A stretch of 41,097 nt of DNA from a virus. The first letter of the stretch is position 1. Every line of letters begins with the position of its first letter. Where the stretch lies: the IMG/VR virus record IMGVR_UViG_3300002120_000004, one strand, 5' to 3'. Under the pieces are notes generated by a model. The model saw nothing but the letters and a program-made list of their open reading frames with translations, ran no database searches and had not been told where the DNA came from. Positions 40,506-41,097 of the stretch are shown piece by piece. The position numbers and the translations under genes are program-made.

Positions 40506-40748
40506 CTACTCCTTGCTTGGTAGGACCAAATCCATGATCCTACTCAGGACACTTCTCTTTTCAGCGATTGCCTCTGGCACCCTTCTGCTTTCTCTCAAGG
40601 CCTGGCATAGTTCTGCCCGATCTTGCTTTAACCATTCAAAGCAGTACGTACAGAGAGTACACTGTGGATCTGCAACCCCCAGGAGCTCCATTCCTTCCTC
40701 ATCACTTGGTGTAGCCTTGCAAACATCACACCGCTCTTTCTTTTCCAC
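40506..40748 (-). CDS. small zinc-finger protein (80 aa)
   Basis: GTG start 6 nt after AAGGAG. Motif CDVC...CTLCTYC. Confidence 0.65.
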   Translation of the reverse strand: MEKKERCDVCKATPSDEEGMELLGVADPQCTLCTYCFEWLKQDRAELCQALRESRRVPEAIAEKRSVLSRIMDLVLPSKE

Positions 40749-40763
40749 ATGGGTCTCCTTGGA

Positions 40764-40793
40764 CTCGCGCCCGCGAGGAACGAAGGGCGCGAG
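40764..40793 (-). repeat. GC-rich stem-loop family member 4 (no U-tract)
   Basis: CTCGCGCCC-gcgaggaacgaa-GGGCGCGAG, a 9-bp perfect stem. It starts 9 nt after the stop of the junction-spanning CDS. Confidence 0.75.
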
Positions 40794-40802
40794 GCCCGTC
40801 TC

Positions 40803-41097
40803 TCAGAGTTTATGTCTGTACTTGTTCCTGAGTTCCTTGGACTTTGCATTGTGAAACAGGTTGCCGTTTTCCCACGGGCACTTCTTACACTCCTTAGAGT
40901 GGAGTCGTTTCATATCGAAGTATGAGCGGACAGAATCCATGTAATCGTCAACCGAATTCACCCTGAGCCTGATGAGGTATTTGCAAATTTCCTTTGCTGA
41001 GATATAGGAGGCTATCAGCCTCTTATTTTTCATGGCTCGTACCATCTCAACAGCCAGATTCGTAATCCGACATGTCTCCAGAGCCGTTCTGTATAGA
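40803..41097 (-). CDS. C-terminal part of the junction-spanning CDS (see 1..333)
   Basis: Track ORF 40803..41045 stays open upstream to the window end and is in phase with 1..333 through the 79-bp repeat. Confidence 0.65.
   Translation of the reverse strand, partial: LYRTALETCRITNLAVEMVRAMKNKRLIASYISAKEICKYLIRLRVNSVDDYMDSVRSYFDMKRLHSKECKKCPWENGNLFHNAKSKELRNKYRHKL
41019..41097. repeat. 79-bp terminal direct repeat, identical to 1..79
   Basis: Read directly. Confidence 0.95.

Noticed and set aside
1-41097. Prophage or lysogeny module, tRNA genes, DGR
   Set aside because: No integrase- or recombinase-like ORF, no T-loop/cloverleaf candidates in the few intergenic gaps, and no RT or template/variable repeat pair were seen. 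Absence is judged by eye only.

Overview
This window is a complete, circularly closed genome of a tailed phage. Bases 1..79 are identical to 41019..41097 (assembly overlap), so the unique length is 41018 bp, and one gene spans the junction. Coding is dense and runs in two divergent blocks from an ~820-bp ORF-free, highly structured control region (5465..6288). The plus-strand block (6289..34612) carries small regulators, small and large terminase, portal, a scaffold-like protein, major capsid, fibre and BNR-propeller receptor-binding proteins, a podovirus-type adaptor and nozzle, four internal/ejection proteins, a membrane protein plus SLT lysin, and a metallophosphoesterase accessory module. 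The minus-strand block (5464 down to 1, continuing 41018 down to 34694) carries Erf recombinase, a PD-(D/E)xK-like nuclease, an XRE HTH protein, a classical AAA+ ATPase, a SLOG/DUF2493 protein, many small zinc-ribbon proteins and hypotheticals. I recognised no tRNA, CRISPR array, integrase, polymerase or reverse transcriptase. TTG and GTG starts behind strong GGAGG-type Shine-Dalgarno (SD) sequences are frequent. The observations most worth a second look are: (1) a micro-ORF that is nothing but (Gly-Ala)31, equivalent to 31 tandem GGAGCN hexamers, inside a GC3-rich early island; (2) a promoter-to-terminator unit of ~490 nt made of long helices whose mismatches are G.U only in minus sense; (3) two canonical terminators bracketing the first early gene; (4) a family of four related GC-rich stem-loops without U-tracts; (5) a terL frame with no canonical start upstream of its Walker A; (6) a 383-nt same-strand gene overlap in the capsid module. 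Functional names rest on motifs read by eye and recalled family signatures; no database search was possible.
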